A stretch of 64,000 bases of DNA from Massalongia carnosa (lineage: Eukaryota). Both the position numbers and the translations under genes were made by a program. This document shows positions 12,407 to 24,900 of the stretch, one piece after another. How positions within the stretch are numbered: position 1 is the first letter of the stretch; every line of letters begins with the position of its first letter. The notes under the pieces are model-generated. The model searched no databases, was not told the origin of the DNA, and was given only the letters and a program-made list of their open reading frames with translations. The stretch covers positions 1,302,001 through 1,366,000 of the forward strand of contig OZ287085.1 of NCBI GenBank assembly GCA_965645245.1, in the 5' to 3' direction.

Positions 12407-13296
12407 ATGCTTCGGGCAGCAGAATCCACATCGTTTGCAAAAGCAGTCGTGGACTTGAACGAATCTTTGCCATTAATTCATGACCCACAGCTAAATTCTT
12501 TCAAACATCGTTCAAGTAACATTGAATTTATCAGATTGTTAAGTGACGAAGAAAGTGCTAAGCACAGTTATGTTTTCGAGATAGTCATTAAATCAAATCG
12601 ATATGCTTTGAAGCTTGTAAGTCTCAGCTGCTGATAATATTGAAGTTAAATCATCAACTAATTTCTTAACATAGTTCAAGTTCTACGACGTGGAGGAGCA
12701 TATGCACGGGCTCGAAGGCATAAATGTGCCATAGGATATGATTATTGCACATATGGATCCGTTCTATGCAGAATGTCATGCATATGGTTGCATTGAGAAT
12801 AACGAACTCAATGGCAAGATAGCCGTGCGTTGTCATGGTTACACTTCCGTCTCGGCGCTTCAAGAAGATTAACTATCTCACAATTCGATGTTTCGGAATG
12901 GAACAGACCATTCAAGGAATACAAGCAGCCTGCTTTTAGGAGAGAGCCATTTCGTGCCATTGTCAAGGCTTTGGTGGCAAGTGAGATATCCTTTGATCAA
13001 TGTGCGATCAAATCCATGCTCAGGGATCTGATGTCAATGCGGAAATTGGGGCTTTTCGTTCGGGATATTAAGGAACAAAATTATCGAGACGATAAATTGA
13101 TTGACTTCAGTGTTTCTTGGACAGTTCCACACATCATGCTCTCAAATCTACTTAGAGATGACAAGAACATCGAGCTGGAATTATAATGGGAATTGGAACT
13201 CTTCGATTTGATGATTAAGTATTCCGGGATCTGAACATGGGTCAGAGCTACTCCTAACAAAGTTTACGTTGACAAGCTTCGTCCTCGTCCTAGTTA
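12407..13296 (+). pseudogene. Kinase-like FTA2-domain (Sim4 complex subunit FTA2 family) pseudogene
   Basis: YALKL[intron 12617-12673]FKFYD, DPFYAECHAYG, AVRCHGY, FVRDIKEQNY, KLIDFSVSWTVPH; several in-frame stops (e.g. 12731, 13184) and a frameshift near 12880. Confidence 0.75.
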
Positions 13297-14342
13297 GAAA
13301 TGTTTTCAAAGGCCGAGCGGAGAAAACCCGTTGTTAAAATCAAACAGATGATCAGATTCAGATGTGAGAGGAGGATATAGATCATGAGGCGAACGGATCA
13401 GACGAATAGGAAAGGGGGGGTTAGAGAGAGAGGAGGCGAACAGTATGTAGGGGAGGGGGTGGAGGGTTTGGTGAGGTTATGGAGGCTAACGGGGGTGTTG
13501 GTCACGACCTAGATCTCCGTCAATGGCTTGATCGACCTAATGCTTTGCTTGAGGATTAGTTGTGACGCTTTTGCATGATGTTGTTGGGCAGAAGTGATTC
13601 TTCATCCTGCTTCGGCGCGCTCTTAAACTTCTTTAGCTCGTCAAGGCTCTGCATCAAGTCTCGCCCATACTGTTGTCGCATTGTGGACTGAGATTCTATA
13701 ATACCGTCGATATTTTTCTCAAGCTCCTGGATTTCACGAGATACAGATGACACTGTCAGCTTTGCCTGGATAGACCTTTGCAGATATTATGGCAACTCCT
13801 CCTTTTGCTGCGTGGCAAGAGCTTCGTCGTAGAGTTTGTCAGTGACCCGCCTTGTGTCTCCATTGGATATAATTAAATGCGCTTCCTCGATAGGACTAGG
13901 CCGGTCTTGCATAAGAGATTTTGCGAGAGTGCTGGGAACTCGCCACCGCGGCATCGTGTTGGAAGCATCTCCTAGGCTTCGAGATTATAATCTAGGCTCT
14001 GGAAGAAACGCTGCCACTCGGGACGAACACTTCCCAGAGCTTGGGCGACATCAATCATCACAGGTCTGGGAAACCCCTCGGTCGTTGGTTCCAGGCAGGG
14101 CCATTGGTCTAAGAGGAATTGCGCAAGGGCTTTGCAGTCATAGGAGACTCTGCTTTCTGCTCAATGGTGGCAACAATTAGTTAAGTAAATTTATGAATTG
14201 AGGAATAGGGAGCACCGCGAAGGTCCTTAGAAAGGATGGCGCCCAACGAGGCTTAGCGCTGTACAGGTCAAGTCAATCGTGACTCCATCTCTACTTCGTC
14301 AAGTTTCTTATCACAGCGTAGTAAATGCACCAGAGTTGAACC

Positions 14343-17300
14343 TATTGAAATAAAAGGGGCTGAGGGAGCTACACTGAATCAATGAAAAGGCTGATATGCT
14401 GCGCTTGAAGCTCTATAACTAAATTGAACTTAACCAACTGAACTATCTAAGAAAGAAAGAGGTGGGATTATTTGCCCAAATATATACACCGAATATGGCT
14501 GTCATGGAGTCTTCGAGAAACTTCCATCGCGTTCGTCGCAGGGACCTTGTCGTGTGATAATAGCGGAATTATAGATTCCCATAGAATGTTCCATGCAATT
14601 ATAAGGTGAAGTCTATTGGAATTTGCCGAGATATTTTTTTCAACAGGTTATGAGCCCGGATAGCACTCTATTCAAATCCAGGAGTATTTTTCACTAGATC
14701 TTTTATCTTAGGGGATATAGCCCGTGTGCTTGTTTGAACTCCTAGCTATCCATTTCGGCACTCGAATAGGACGACTCCTTCACCACCAAAATGTCTGCCT
14801 CAGAAGACAGCCAAGATACCGGAGGTGCCATGAGGGCATCCACCACCCCCGAGGCTAGCAAGGCCTCCTCATCAAAGGACAAGGGCCTAGCGGCTATGAC
14901 AGCCATTGATGGGGGATATAAAAGGGGTGCCGGTGTGAAAGGTGAAGTAAAACTGCCAAAACTTACTAGCGACAACTACAGGCTGTGGTCCACCTTTTGA
15001 AGGTGCACTTAATTGCCCAAGGGCTCTGGAAAGTAGTCAGTGGAGAGATACTCGAACCACCAGGAAGCATGCCTTTGGATAGAGACTCGTGGATCTTTGA
15101 TGATGCCACAGCAATCACCATCCTCATGGGAGCCATGGATGAAAGGCAGCAGAAGCATGTGCAACTGCGGCAGTCTGCCAAAGGGGTATGGGATGCCCAG
15201 AAGGAAATTCACGGCAAAGACTCCAGAACACGCTTGGTCCCCATGCTCCGCCGATTTCATACGTATAAGGCCAAGGAAGAGGAAGGAGTGGATGAGACTG
15301 CAGCAGAGCTAGAAGATATGAGAGATATCATCGCAAAAATCAACCCAGAGGTGAAGCCATCCGATATCATGATGGCCCTAGTCCTAATGGATTCGGTGGA
15401 TCACGAGCGGTATAATGCGGTGAAATTGCAATTAAACGACTTGGAAAACCTCACGTTTGATAAAGATAAGTGTCATCGGTGTGGAAACAAACATTCCGAT
15501 ACGTGTAAATTCATCATAACGGAGTGCACCGGATGTGGAAAAATAGGGCATATTGAAAGAGCTTGCAATAGCAAAAGGGGAAAGGAGAAAGACGATGACT
15601 CGGATGTCGAAAGGAAGAAAATATTCTGCGTACTCACCACTCATTCTCCTCCTTCAACAGACTCCTTTGTCTTCCCTGACACCGCTGAAGAGGATGGCTC
15701 TAATATCAAGCACCCCGAAACCAATATTAACAAGACTTTCCAGACAAGGAAATTTCTCTGCACCATCAACTACTCCATCCCCATCTCTAAACCAGTAGAT
15801 TTATTGATAAATTCTGGTGCTACTGACCATGCTCTTTGCAACAAAGACCTTTTTGAACCCGGATTCTATCGTATTATGCTAAATAAACTGGAAACAGGCT
15901 CCGGAGAGGTGCTGAAAACAGAAGGAAGAGGATCTCTGTCTTTATTATTAAAGAACGAAACAGGATTTATTCGAGAGTTTGTTCTAACAGACGTTCTGTA
16001 CACCCCTGACATGAACTTCAATCTCATCAGCACTGCTAGGCTAGCACAAAAGGGAGTGGAAATCTTCCTTCGAAAGGCGGGAGAACTCTCCAAAATCTAT
16101 TACGAAGAGGAGGTAATTGGCCACGCCAAACTGATCGATAACCAGTATGTTATCCAAACCACACCCAACTCTCGCGCTCTTGCAACAACCAAAAATATCT
16201 CCATCCAAACCTGGCATGCCCGTATGGGGCATCTTGGTTATCACAACCTTTTGAAGCTCAACCAACTGGCCACAGGAGCCTTAATCATCGGTCCCGTTCC
16301 GGAAGAAATCTGCGGAGATTGCATGGTTGGAAGGCAACAAAGGCTGGTAAACAGGAGCCCAAGATCTCGAGATCCAGAATTCCTAGGAATCATTCATACA
16401 GATCTTGGAGGCCCTTACACACCAACCAGGTACGGTGAGAGATATTTCATGACCCTAAAGGATGACGCTACGGGCGTCGTATGGGTATTTCTGTTGAAGA
16501 CCAAAGGCCAAACACTTGATAAGTTCAAACAGTTCAAGGCCTGGATAGAGAAGCAATCTGGCCAGAAGATCAAACACGTCAGAGGAGATGGAGGGGGAGA
16601 ATACGTAAACACAGAGCTACTAGCCTTTTTTAAAAGAAGAAGGAATTCAATGGGAGGCCAGAGCTCGCTCCATATGTGCCTGAACAAAATAGGAGAGCCG
16701 AACGGCAAAATTCCACCCTGATGGCACCAACGAGGAGCTGGCTCAAAGCCAAAAAAGCTCCCAAAATCACTCTGGGGCGAGGTAATCAAAACCTCTGCCT
16801 ACATCAAGAATCGATGTCCCGGCGTCGATGAAATCGCACCATATGAGCGCCTCAATAAGGAGAAGCCTACCTTAAGCCACTTAAGGATCATAGGTTCGAG
16901 GACGTGGGTGCATATTCCCAAGGAAAAAAGGACCAAATTGGATGATAGATCTTGGCAAGGGATCTTTGTTGGATACGATGGAACGAATTAGTTTCGAATC
17001 TATGACCCTCGCACCGGAAAAGTTCACATCTCTCGTGATATACAAGTAGATGAGCTGAACACCTATGATTCCAAAGAGACGAAGGACTGGGACCTAGCTG
17101 ATGTAGCATGGGATGAAGATGATGATGCTTGTTTTCAAGATCCAGATGACTTTGAAGATCTGAAACATAAAAATAGCACTCCGCTATATCCGGCATCAAC
17201 CCAGGTGTGAACTCGGCGGCATGTCCCTGCGGAAGCCTCTTACAAACAGCCAAACATTTAATCATGTTCTGCAGACTGCACGAACACAGAACGCACATGC

Positions 17301-19856
17301 TACGAACGGCAGGCTCGTCAGACTACCGCAAGCTAATCACCGAACCCAAAGCTCTCAAAGTAGTAACCGCGTGGCTCATGCGCACAGGTATTTTAACACA
17401 GTATTCCATTGCCACGCAACTGCTTGAACAGCAGCCGGGCAGTCTCTCTTCAGTTTGAAAAACAGGTATCGCAGATTTTCGAGATATAGGAATCAATCCG
17501 CGGGAGCGGCGAACCCCGATGAAGCGGATACGCAGGAGTAGTTTTTCACCTTTGGGTTTTCTACTTATTACATAGCTTATATAGCATCTCCCGCATGGGC
17601 CGGCCTTCGGCCGGTGACACAACGGCGTAAGAATAATCAAATCAAATATCCGGCATCAAATTCCCATAGTTCATTGAACAGCCAACAACGATTATCGCTA
17701 ACGACACCTCGAAATGAGTCTTATCCAATGGGAGAAACAGCTCCGGAGGTAGCCAATGATGATACCAATCATCGAGACCAGGAATCTGAAGAATCTGACC
17801 CAGATCAGCCTTCAATTCCCGCACCAAGGAGATCCGGAAGGTTACGAAATCCTTCCAAACCTGCAGCAGACACTATTCGGTACGATATATCGAAGAAATC
17901 GCTGCCAAAAGTGGCCAACGACGTCCATTTGGTAAACAAAGTTACCATATTTACCAGCCCCCAGACCCCTAAATCCCACGAGCATATGGTAAGAGTCCTA
18001 GCTCTACTAGCCAGAGGATCGGAGACTGCTGGGGAGGATGAACCTGCAACATTGAGAGAGGCTATGGCCTCCCCCCACTGGGATGAATGGAGAAAAGCTA
18101 TGGAAGCTGAGTATCAATCCCTGATGGATAACGAAACTTGGACTTTAACCGATGCTCCAACGGATAGGAAAACTATTACAGGACGGTGGGTTTTCAAGCT
18201 GAAAAAGGATAGAAATGGAGATATATTGAAGTATAAAGCAAGATGGGTAGTCCATGGATATAAGCAAAAAGAAGGCCTAGATTACCTAGACACCTTTGCA
18301 ACCGTGGTAAAACCTATCTCCTATAAGACACTGATAGGAATCAGTGCTAAAAGGGGTCTCTCCATTCGACACATGGATGTTGTGACTGCCTTCCTATACG
18401 GATATCTCGATGAAGAGATATATGTCATCCAACCAACCCTGTTCGAAGTAGCAGGGGGAGCGCAGAAGGTCTGCTTGTTGCGAAAGGCTCTATATGGGCT
18501 AAAGCAATCTCCTCGTGTTTGGTATCAAACCCTATTGGATTTTCTCCAGAAGATAGGGTTCAAACACACTGAATCAGATCATGGAGTGTTTATTTCCGAA
18601 GACATGTTTATTGCCATCTATGTGGATGATCTTCTCATCATGGGCAAAGACACTTTGAAACTGCAGCAACTCCAAGCTGAATTGAAGTCGCGATTCCAGA
18701 TGACGGATCTGGGTGAAGTATCGCACTATTTAGGCATCGAGGTAGACATTAGCAAAGATAGGTCTACTATCGCACTCCGCCAAACAACTTATCTAAAGAA
18801 AATCCTCGAACGGTTTAACATGGCTAATTGCAAGCCTATTTCAACCCCCATGGAGCCTGGAATCGGAAACATTCTCATGCCATCCGAAGACCAGGCTGAT
18901 AAAGAGACTATACCATGGTATCAGTCTCTGGTAGGGTCTCTCATGTGGCCCGCCATGCATACAAGGCCTGATATAGCCTACGAGTATGCAATGGGAGTTC
19001 TAAGCAGATATTGCTCCAATCCAGGTGCTGATCACTGCAACCACCTACAGAGAGTGCTACGATATATTTCGGGCACCCTAACAAGAGGTCTGATATCTAG
19101 AGAGATTCTGACGAGGATATAACCGGCTATTCTGACTCGGACTTCGCTGGCCTAAAGGATGGGAGAAGATCTACCGGTGGGTATGTTTTCATGTTAGCAG
19201 GTGCTCCGATATCTCATTCGTCAAAACTACAACCTACGGTGGCGCTATCCTCTTGCGAAGCAGAATACATGGCATTAACGGAGGCTACCAAGGAAGCTCT
19301 ATGGTGCTCTCGTTTTCTCAACGAACTGGGATTTCGGGAGGCCAATTTTCCAATTCTACTGCGAGGAGATAACCAAGGTGCTATAGCTCTCACCGACAAT
19401 CCTGAATTCCACCGAAGAACCAAACATATCGAAATAAAGTGGCACTGGATAAGAGACGTAGTCAAATCAAAATAGAGTATATCCGTACTAACAAAATGGT
19501 AGCAGATGGGCTGACTAAGCCACTTTTCAACTCTTTCGTAAGGCAAATCACTAATAAAAATCTCTAAATAGCCTCACTGAATGGCTGAATGGGAGTGTTA
19601 GATGAGACAGCCATCCTATGTGCCGTGCCAGACGGCAACATAACGGCTTGGGAATAACGTCTCAAGTGATCCGCACACGGCTAGCTAATGAGGTAGTACG
19701 GCAGGGAGATTCAAGGCAAACCTGCCCTGCCACTACGCCTACTCTCTATCTTATTCATCTCTCATCTATCTAGCTATATAGACATAGTAGATAGCCACCT
19801 AGATAGAACAATCAATCCTTCCCACACATACTATTACCTACCTATTTAACTCAACA
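14343..19856 (+). mobile_element. Degenerate, apparently chimeric Ty1/copia element (left LTR ~14343-14645, PBS 14646-14657, right LTR 19596-19856)
   Basis: gag zinc knuckle CTGCGKIGHIERAC, protease LINSGATDH, integrase IHTDLGGP/GDGGGEY, RT YKARWV/LYGLKQSPR/YVDDLL, RNase H SSCEAEY/DNQGA; frameshifts and stops; PPT GAATGGGAG; the two LTRs do not match; left LTR start approximate. Confidence 0.85.
17200..17645 (+). mobile_element. 5'-truncated non-LTR retrotransposon (Tad1/I-like LINE 3' end) inserted in copia
   Basis: 14-bp TSD ATATCCGGCATCAA at 17186-17199 and 17646-17659; C-terminal zinc finger CPCG..QTAKHLIMFC; 3' hairpin CCGGCC-TTC-GGCCGG; AATAATCAAATCAA tail. Confidence 0.88.
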
Positions 19857-19941
19857 AAAATCTCTGCAGATAGTAAACAAATGAATGATCCCTTCTAAAT
19901 ATTCGTATCATGCACCAAGGTAATCAATTCTCCCTCCAATA

Positions 19942-19975
19942 GAGGAGGCTGTCGGAAATTTTTGACCCAGTACTG
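19942..19975. mobile_element. Orphan Tc1-like terminal inverted repeat
   Basis: Reverse complement TA-CAGTACTGGGTCAAAAATTTCCGACAGCCTCCTC; diverged second copy at 62782-62815. Confidence 0.5.
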
Positions 19976-20460
19976 TATATAAGGAGTTTTATCAATCGAG
20001 GCGAGGTTAAGGCCCAAATTCTATTCTTTCTTTAGCTTTCCTAGCGGCTTGTACGAGAAGGTTACCTTAAATTGTGTAGGCGCTTTGTCAAACTAAAAGA
20101 AAAACTGTCTTTCTGCTTCGTGGGAAGGACTCGATCGAAAGCTTCTTATCAATAAAGGCTTTAAAACGCTAAAGTCCCCGTTATCGATGAATTCGGTTTT
20201 GCTATATATACACACTTCGAACTGAAGATTTGACATTGTCATTTCCGTTTTTTGGAAGGGAGCATCGATGGAACACAGAGGCATAAAAACAGCCTATGTT
20301 GGCAGCTTGATAGTAGGCTAGAACCGGAATCATGGGAAGAATTTTCAAACATACTATGTCTTTTCACTGCTATCCTAATGACTATTAACAGACTTTATAG
20401 ATAGTACACACAAGAACACACAAGAATATTCTTGAGCACTTTCAGGCGGCAATTCAACCT

Positions 20461-21340
20461 CTATTCTCGCATCAAGCCGAGCTCAACCTCACTATCATCT
20501 GTACTCGCCTGTAACACATGGGAACTGGTTTCGGAAAGATGCACTTTTCTCAAATCGAACAGCTCAGCCAGGACGCCCAAAAATCTAAGATGCCATGGAG
20601 AGCGACGGCCAACGCGACGTTGACTGACGAACACGTGACCTCCTAACTCCACCTGGATCTTCCGAACTTCGTTTCCACCGATTTCTGGACTGCCATACTT
20701 GTCGAGGGAAAGGACCCGAGCAATCAATGTTGCGCTTCCTGCGTTGTATTTACGATCACGTAGATCAGCGGCTCTGTCTCGCTGACACGCGAAACGATCC
20801 ATCCGGTGATCGCGCGGCCGAAGACAGCGGCACCAAGGATAAGTGTAACTGTCATAACAGCAACAGACATCGCAAGCAGCTGTACGGAAGCGAAGAGTGC
20901 AGTGCCGGTGACAAAAGTCGTAATGCTGACACATTTACTAAAAAGCCGCAAAAGCGATCGGTAACGACCTTAGCCTTGATTTGCGACTGAGATCATGACG
21001 AGGACAGCGTTACGGGGTCGAGTGTATTGCTTCGAGCCACGCAGTATAGCTGTCCCCGCTTTCAAGCTGGCGAGCTGATGCAGCACCTGATTAGCTGTGG
21101 CATTTGGGTTCTCCAAGTTCGGGAGAATACCATCACCACCCCGGATGTTGACGTCGTACGGGATGTCCGACACGAACAATTTCCAACGTTCTTTGAAGGG
21201 GAATTGAGCCCAATTTTCTGTGATTGCAGTGAATGTCATGTCACTAACGAGTTCTATTACTGTCGCCTGCAAAAGGGTCTGCGCGGACCCTGAAATGGCC
21301 ACGACACCTCAAAATTTAGCGAAAATAACGACCTACCAGC
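20461..21340 (-). pseudogene. Disrupted fungal multi-pass membrane protein gene fragment
   Basis: Hydrophobic helices (SITTFVTGTALFASVQLLAMSVAVMTVTLILGAAVFGRAI) across collinear ORFs separated by stops. Confidence 0.45.
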
Positions 21341-21939
21341 CAAACTTCCCTCACCGTCTATGTGATAACTATGCATTGTCACCTGCTCTAGTACTGAAAT
21401 TCGTAGCTGTAGAATATAGTCACTGCCATCCCCAGCTCCTCCGCCCTTGCCCGCTCTATTTTTCGTCAAATTCTCCCCCCCATTCTTCGACATGAAACTA
21501 AGAGGTCCTCGCTCAAAACGAGCGAATACCGGGCCTCCAAATGCCTCGACAGAGCCTGTAAAGGCAAAGATAAAACTGACCTTGGCGGGGCCGAAGGGCA
21601 AAGATGCTGTCGACGACGATGATCCCATATCGACGCCAACCTCAGCTCCGAAGGCATCTCGCAGGCAAAAGATCGTTCCCAAGACAAAGCCCCCCCCCCC
21701 AAGCAAAGTCTTCCAAAGCAAAGCCTCCCAAAGCAAAGCCTCCCAAAGCAAAGCCCCCTCCCATTATCAAGCCCAGGCCGCCTCCCGGCTCGAATTATTA
21801 TGCATCCCTAATGGTCCCGGATGACGAAGATGATACAATTGACTCGGAGAATGACGTAGATGTAGAAAGTGTCGAGGGGAATGTCGAGGAGATTGCCGAG
21901 GGGAATGTTGAGGAAGAAGTCGAGAGTGCTGAGGAGAAT

Positions 21940-24900
21940 TGTTGCGAATGCCAAGCCAGCTAGATCATATCTGACGTAATATGCGAATGCCCTCGCGTAT
22001 TTTACTGATATGGGAATAGTTACATCTGAGAATTTCTGGTATCTTCGATGCTTAGAAATTCAGGTCTATAGACGTTCAAGTAGAATCTCAAATGTTCTAT
22101 GATCAACATGTATATAACATCACTCCTACGCATAGCTCAGAGATCAGTCGCAATAATCTGAATTATTTCATTCATAGAAGTTCTGTACTATCCAGAGACT
22201 TCTGGCACTCTGCCACCTATTTTCTGTGCATTGGGTCCATCATTCTCCATCCATCCCTCCTATTTTAAACAGGTTATGAGCCCGGTTAGCCTATAGTGCT
22301 GCCGAGTGATTTTCTTGTGTTAGTTTCGAGGTTATACATAACGAGATGGCGGACCAACGCGACTCCACAGACCCTAATACACCAGCAAGTATGACCAGCC
22401 CTTCCCCTCCTTCCTCTTCATCTTCTGGCCCCGATGGGCAGTATACAAAAGCGGTAAGGAAAGGGGATATAAGGGTAGAGCCCAAGCTAGGTGCCGATAA
22501 TTATTTAACCTGGGCGGAAGAGATGTGGATTCAGCTTAAATCTATGAGAGTCCTCAAGTTAGTAGAAGGAAAAACCCCTCAACCAGATACAGTAACCCGA
22601 CCAAAAGACTTTGACGAATGGGACCACGATGATACCAACGCATTGAAATGGATACGGGCCAACTGTGAGAAAAGCCAATTGACTCACCTTCGAAACAAAA
22701 CAACATCCAAAGCCGCCTGGGACGCTCTAAAGAAGGTCCATGGAGTCCACGCCAGAGGAAGAATCAACTATTTATTGAAGCGATTCTATACCTACAAGGC
22801 TGGATCCAGCGACTCCATCGATGATATAGCAGGGGCCCTTGAGACCTTACGAGTCCAGATTGCGGACATAAAATCGGAGTTTGAGCCTCACGATGCGTTG
22901 ATGGCCATAGCCCTGATGAGTGCCGTGGAGGACCCTGCATTTGATACAACAAAGCTTTTATTGGAACGGGAACCCGAGCTTACCTTGGAAGCAACTAAGG
23001 AGGCCTTGAAAGCGACGGAGCAGCGACTAAAATTCGAAAAGGATGACTCTGTCGAGGATGCCCATCGAGCGAATGCAAAAAAGGGTAAAGGGCCACCAAA
23101 GAAGTGCGACCATTGCGGGAAACTTGGACATATCCGAATCTATTGCTGGAGCTGGCTTGATGACACCGACGAAGGCCAGGAATGGGAACGCACCCATCCT
23201 GAGCAACGGAGGAAACCGAAGTCCAAATCCGAAACATCAAAACCTGTACCCAAATTGAAATCACGGAGTACCACTAGGCCTACCTCCACGAGCAATACCA
23301 GTTCTTCCAACTTCAGTGGCCGAAGCAAAGGCACTGCCCGGCCGGCTAATGAAGAGGACTTTGACGATGGTGCCAGTGAGGATGAGGGGTGGATGGCCGT
23401 GGATATAAAAGAGGAGGTTATTGATGAGAAAGTTGAAAAATTAGAAGAAATTTTTGAAGTCCGTGAAGGTGCAGAGGATAAAACTAGTGGCTGGATGCTA
23501 GACTCTGGTGCTTCACGTCATATGACCTATATGCGAAATATCTTCACGAAATTCGAATACCACCGCACCCCAATTCGAATTGCTAATGGCCAGAGGCTTT
23601 GGAGCAAGGGTAAGGGTGATATTTCTGTGGATATCGATGGTGTTGCCATTCGCATGACCGACGTTTTATACGTACCCCAACTGAATGCAAACCTACTGTC
23701 TATTTCGGCATTAAACAAAAAGGGGTTAAATGTCTTGTTTCATGGAAAAGGTGTGGAGATCCTGCGGAAGGGTACCTCAGTGGCCAGTGGTTTTCTTAGA
23801 GGACGTACGTATTTCTTGCGGACCTCTCAGGTTGCCTTACAGGCATTCGCGGAAATCAGCGAAAATATCGAGGAAGCCAACCCCGAAGATCCTAAATCGT
23901 CGAACAAGCCTACAATAACAGCAAGAGATTGCACGCGAGAAAAATCGGTATCACCTGTAGGTCAAGAAAGGCCAGAAGAGCGTGAATACAGGCTGTGGCA
24001 CGCCCGAATGGGTCACCCCAGCCCAAAACGACTCCAGGATTTATACCGCTATGCGTCTGGAATAACTTCCTTTTCACCAACTGTTACACAACTTTCATGT
24101 TCTATCTGCAACTTTACCAAGTTAACTCGAGTGGTCAGTCACGAGCCGTTTTCGAAAACAGTCCGGCCATTGGCCAGGATTCACGGATATCTGGGGCCCC
24201 TATCATACGGCTAGCCTCGGAGGCCATTCGTACTTTATTTCATTGATTGATGACTTTACACGGAAGTCCTGGCTAATCCTCCTTAAAAACCGACGAACCA
24301 TTTATGGAGCTATCAAAGAATGGATGAATGTCGTTGAAGGAGAAAAAGAATCAGCAGGTAATCAAATTCCGATGCGACAATGCTAAGGAGTACAAGAAAT
24401 TCATGGAACTTATTCAACCCGATGGCATTCGCGCTGAACCCACTACACCGTATACTCCAGAACAGAATGGAGTTGCGGAACGATATAACCGAACAATCGT
24501 TCAAATGATTAGGTCCATGCTCGTATGGGCGAAATTGCCTCATTCCTTCTGGGGAGAAGCAGCAATGACTGCTAACTATCTCAGAAACCTCCTCCCTACC
24601 GCCAAAGTTAACCAGTCACCCGAAGAAAAATGGACGGAGCAAAAACCGGACATCAGCCATCTACGCACCTTTGGCTGCTTGGTTCACGTTCATATCCCGA
24701 AGGAAAATCGATCCAAGCTGGATAAAGTATCCTGGCAAGGAATTTTCGTCGGATATCACTCTTCAAACCAACATCGCATTTATAATCCAAAAACGAGCAA
24801 GGTAGAATGGCATACTTCAATTAAGTTCCTAGAAAATACACCCGGCGGGATTATTCTAGGAGGAGCAAAACCAAATGAGGATCGCGAGTTATTCGTACAG

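Noticed and set aside
13837..14250. Possible solo LTR (TGTCAG...CAACA) and PBS-like TGGCGCCCAAC at ~14237
   Set aside because: No TSD, no second copy, and the motif is not adjacent to an LTR end
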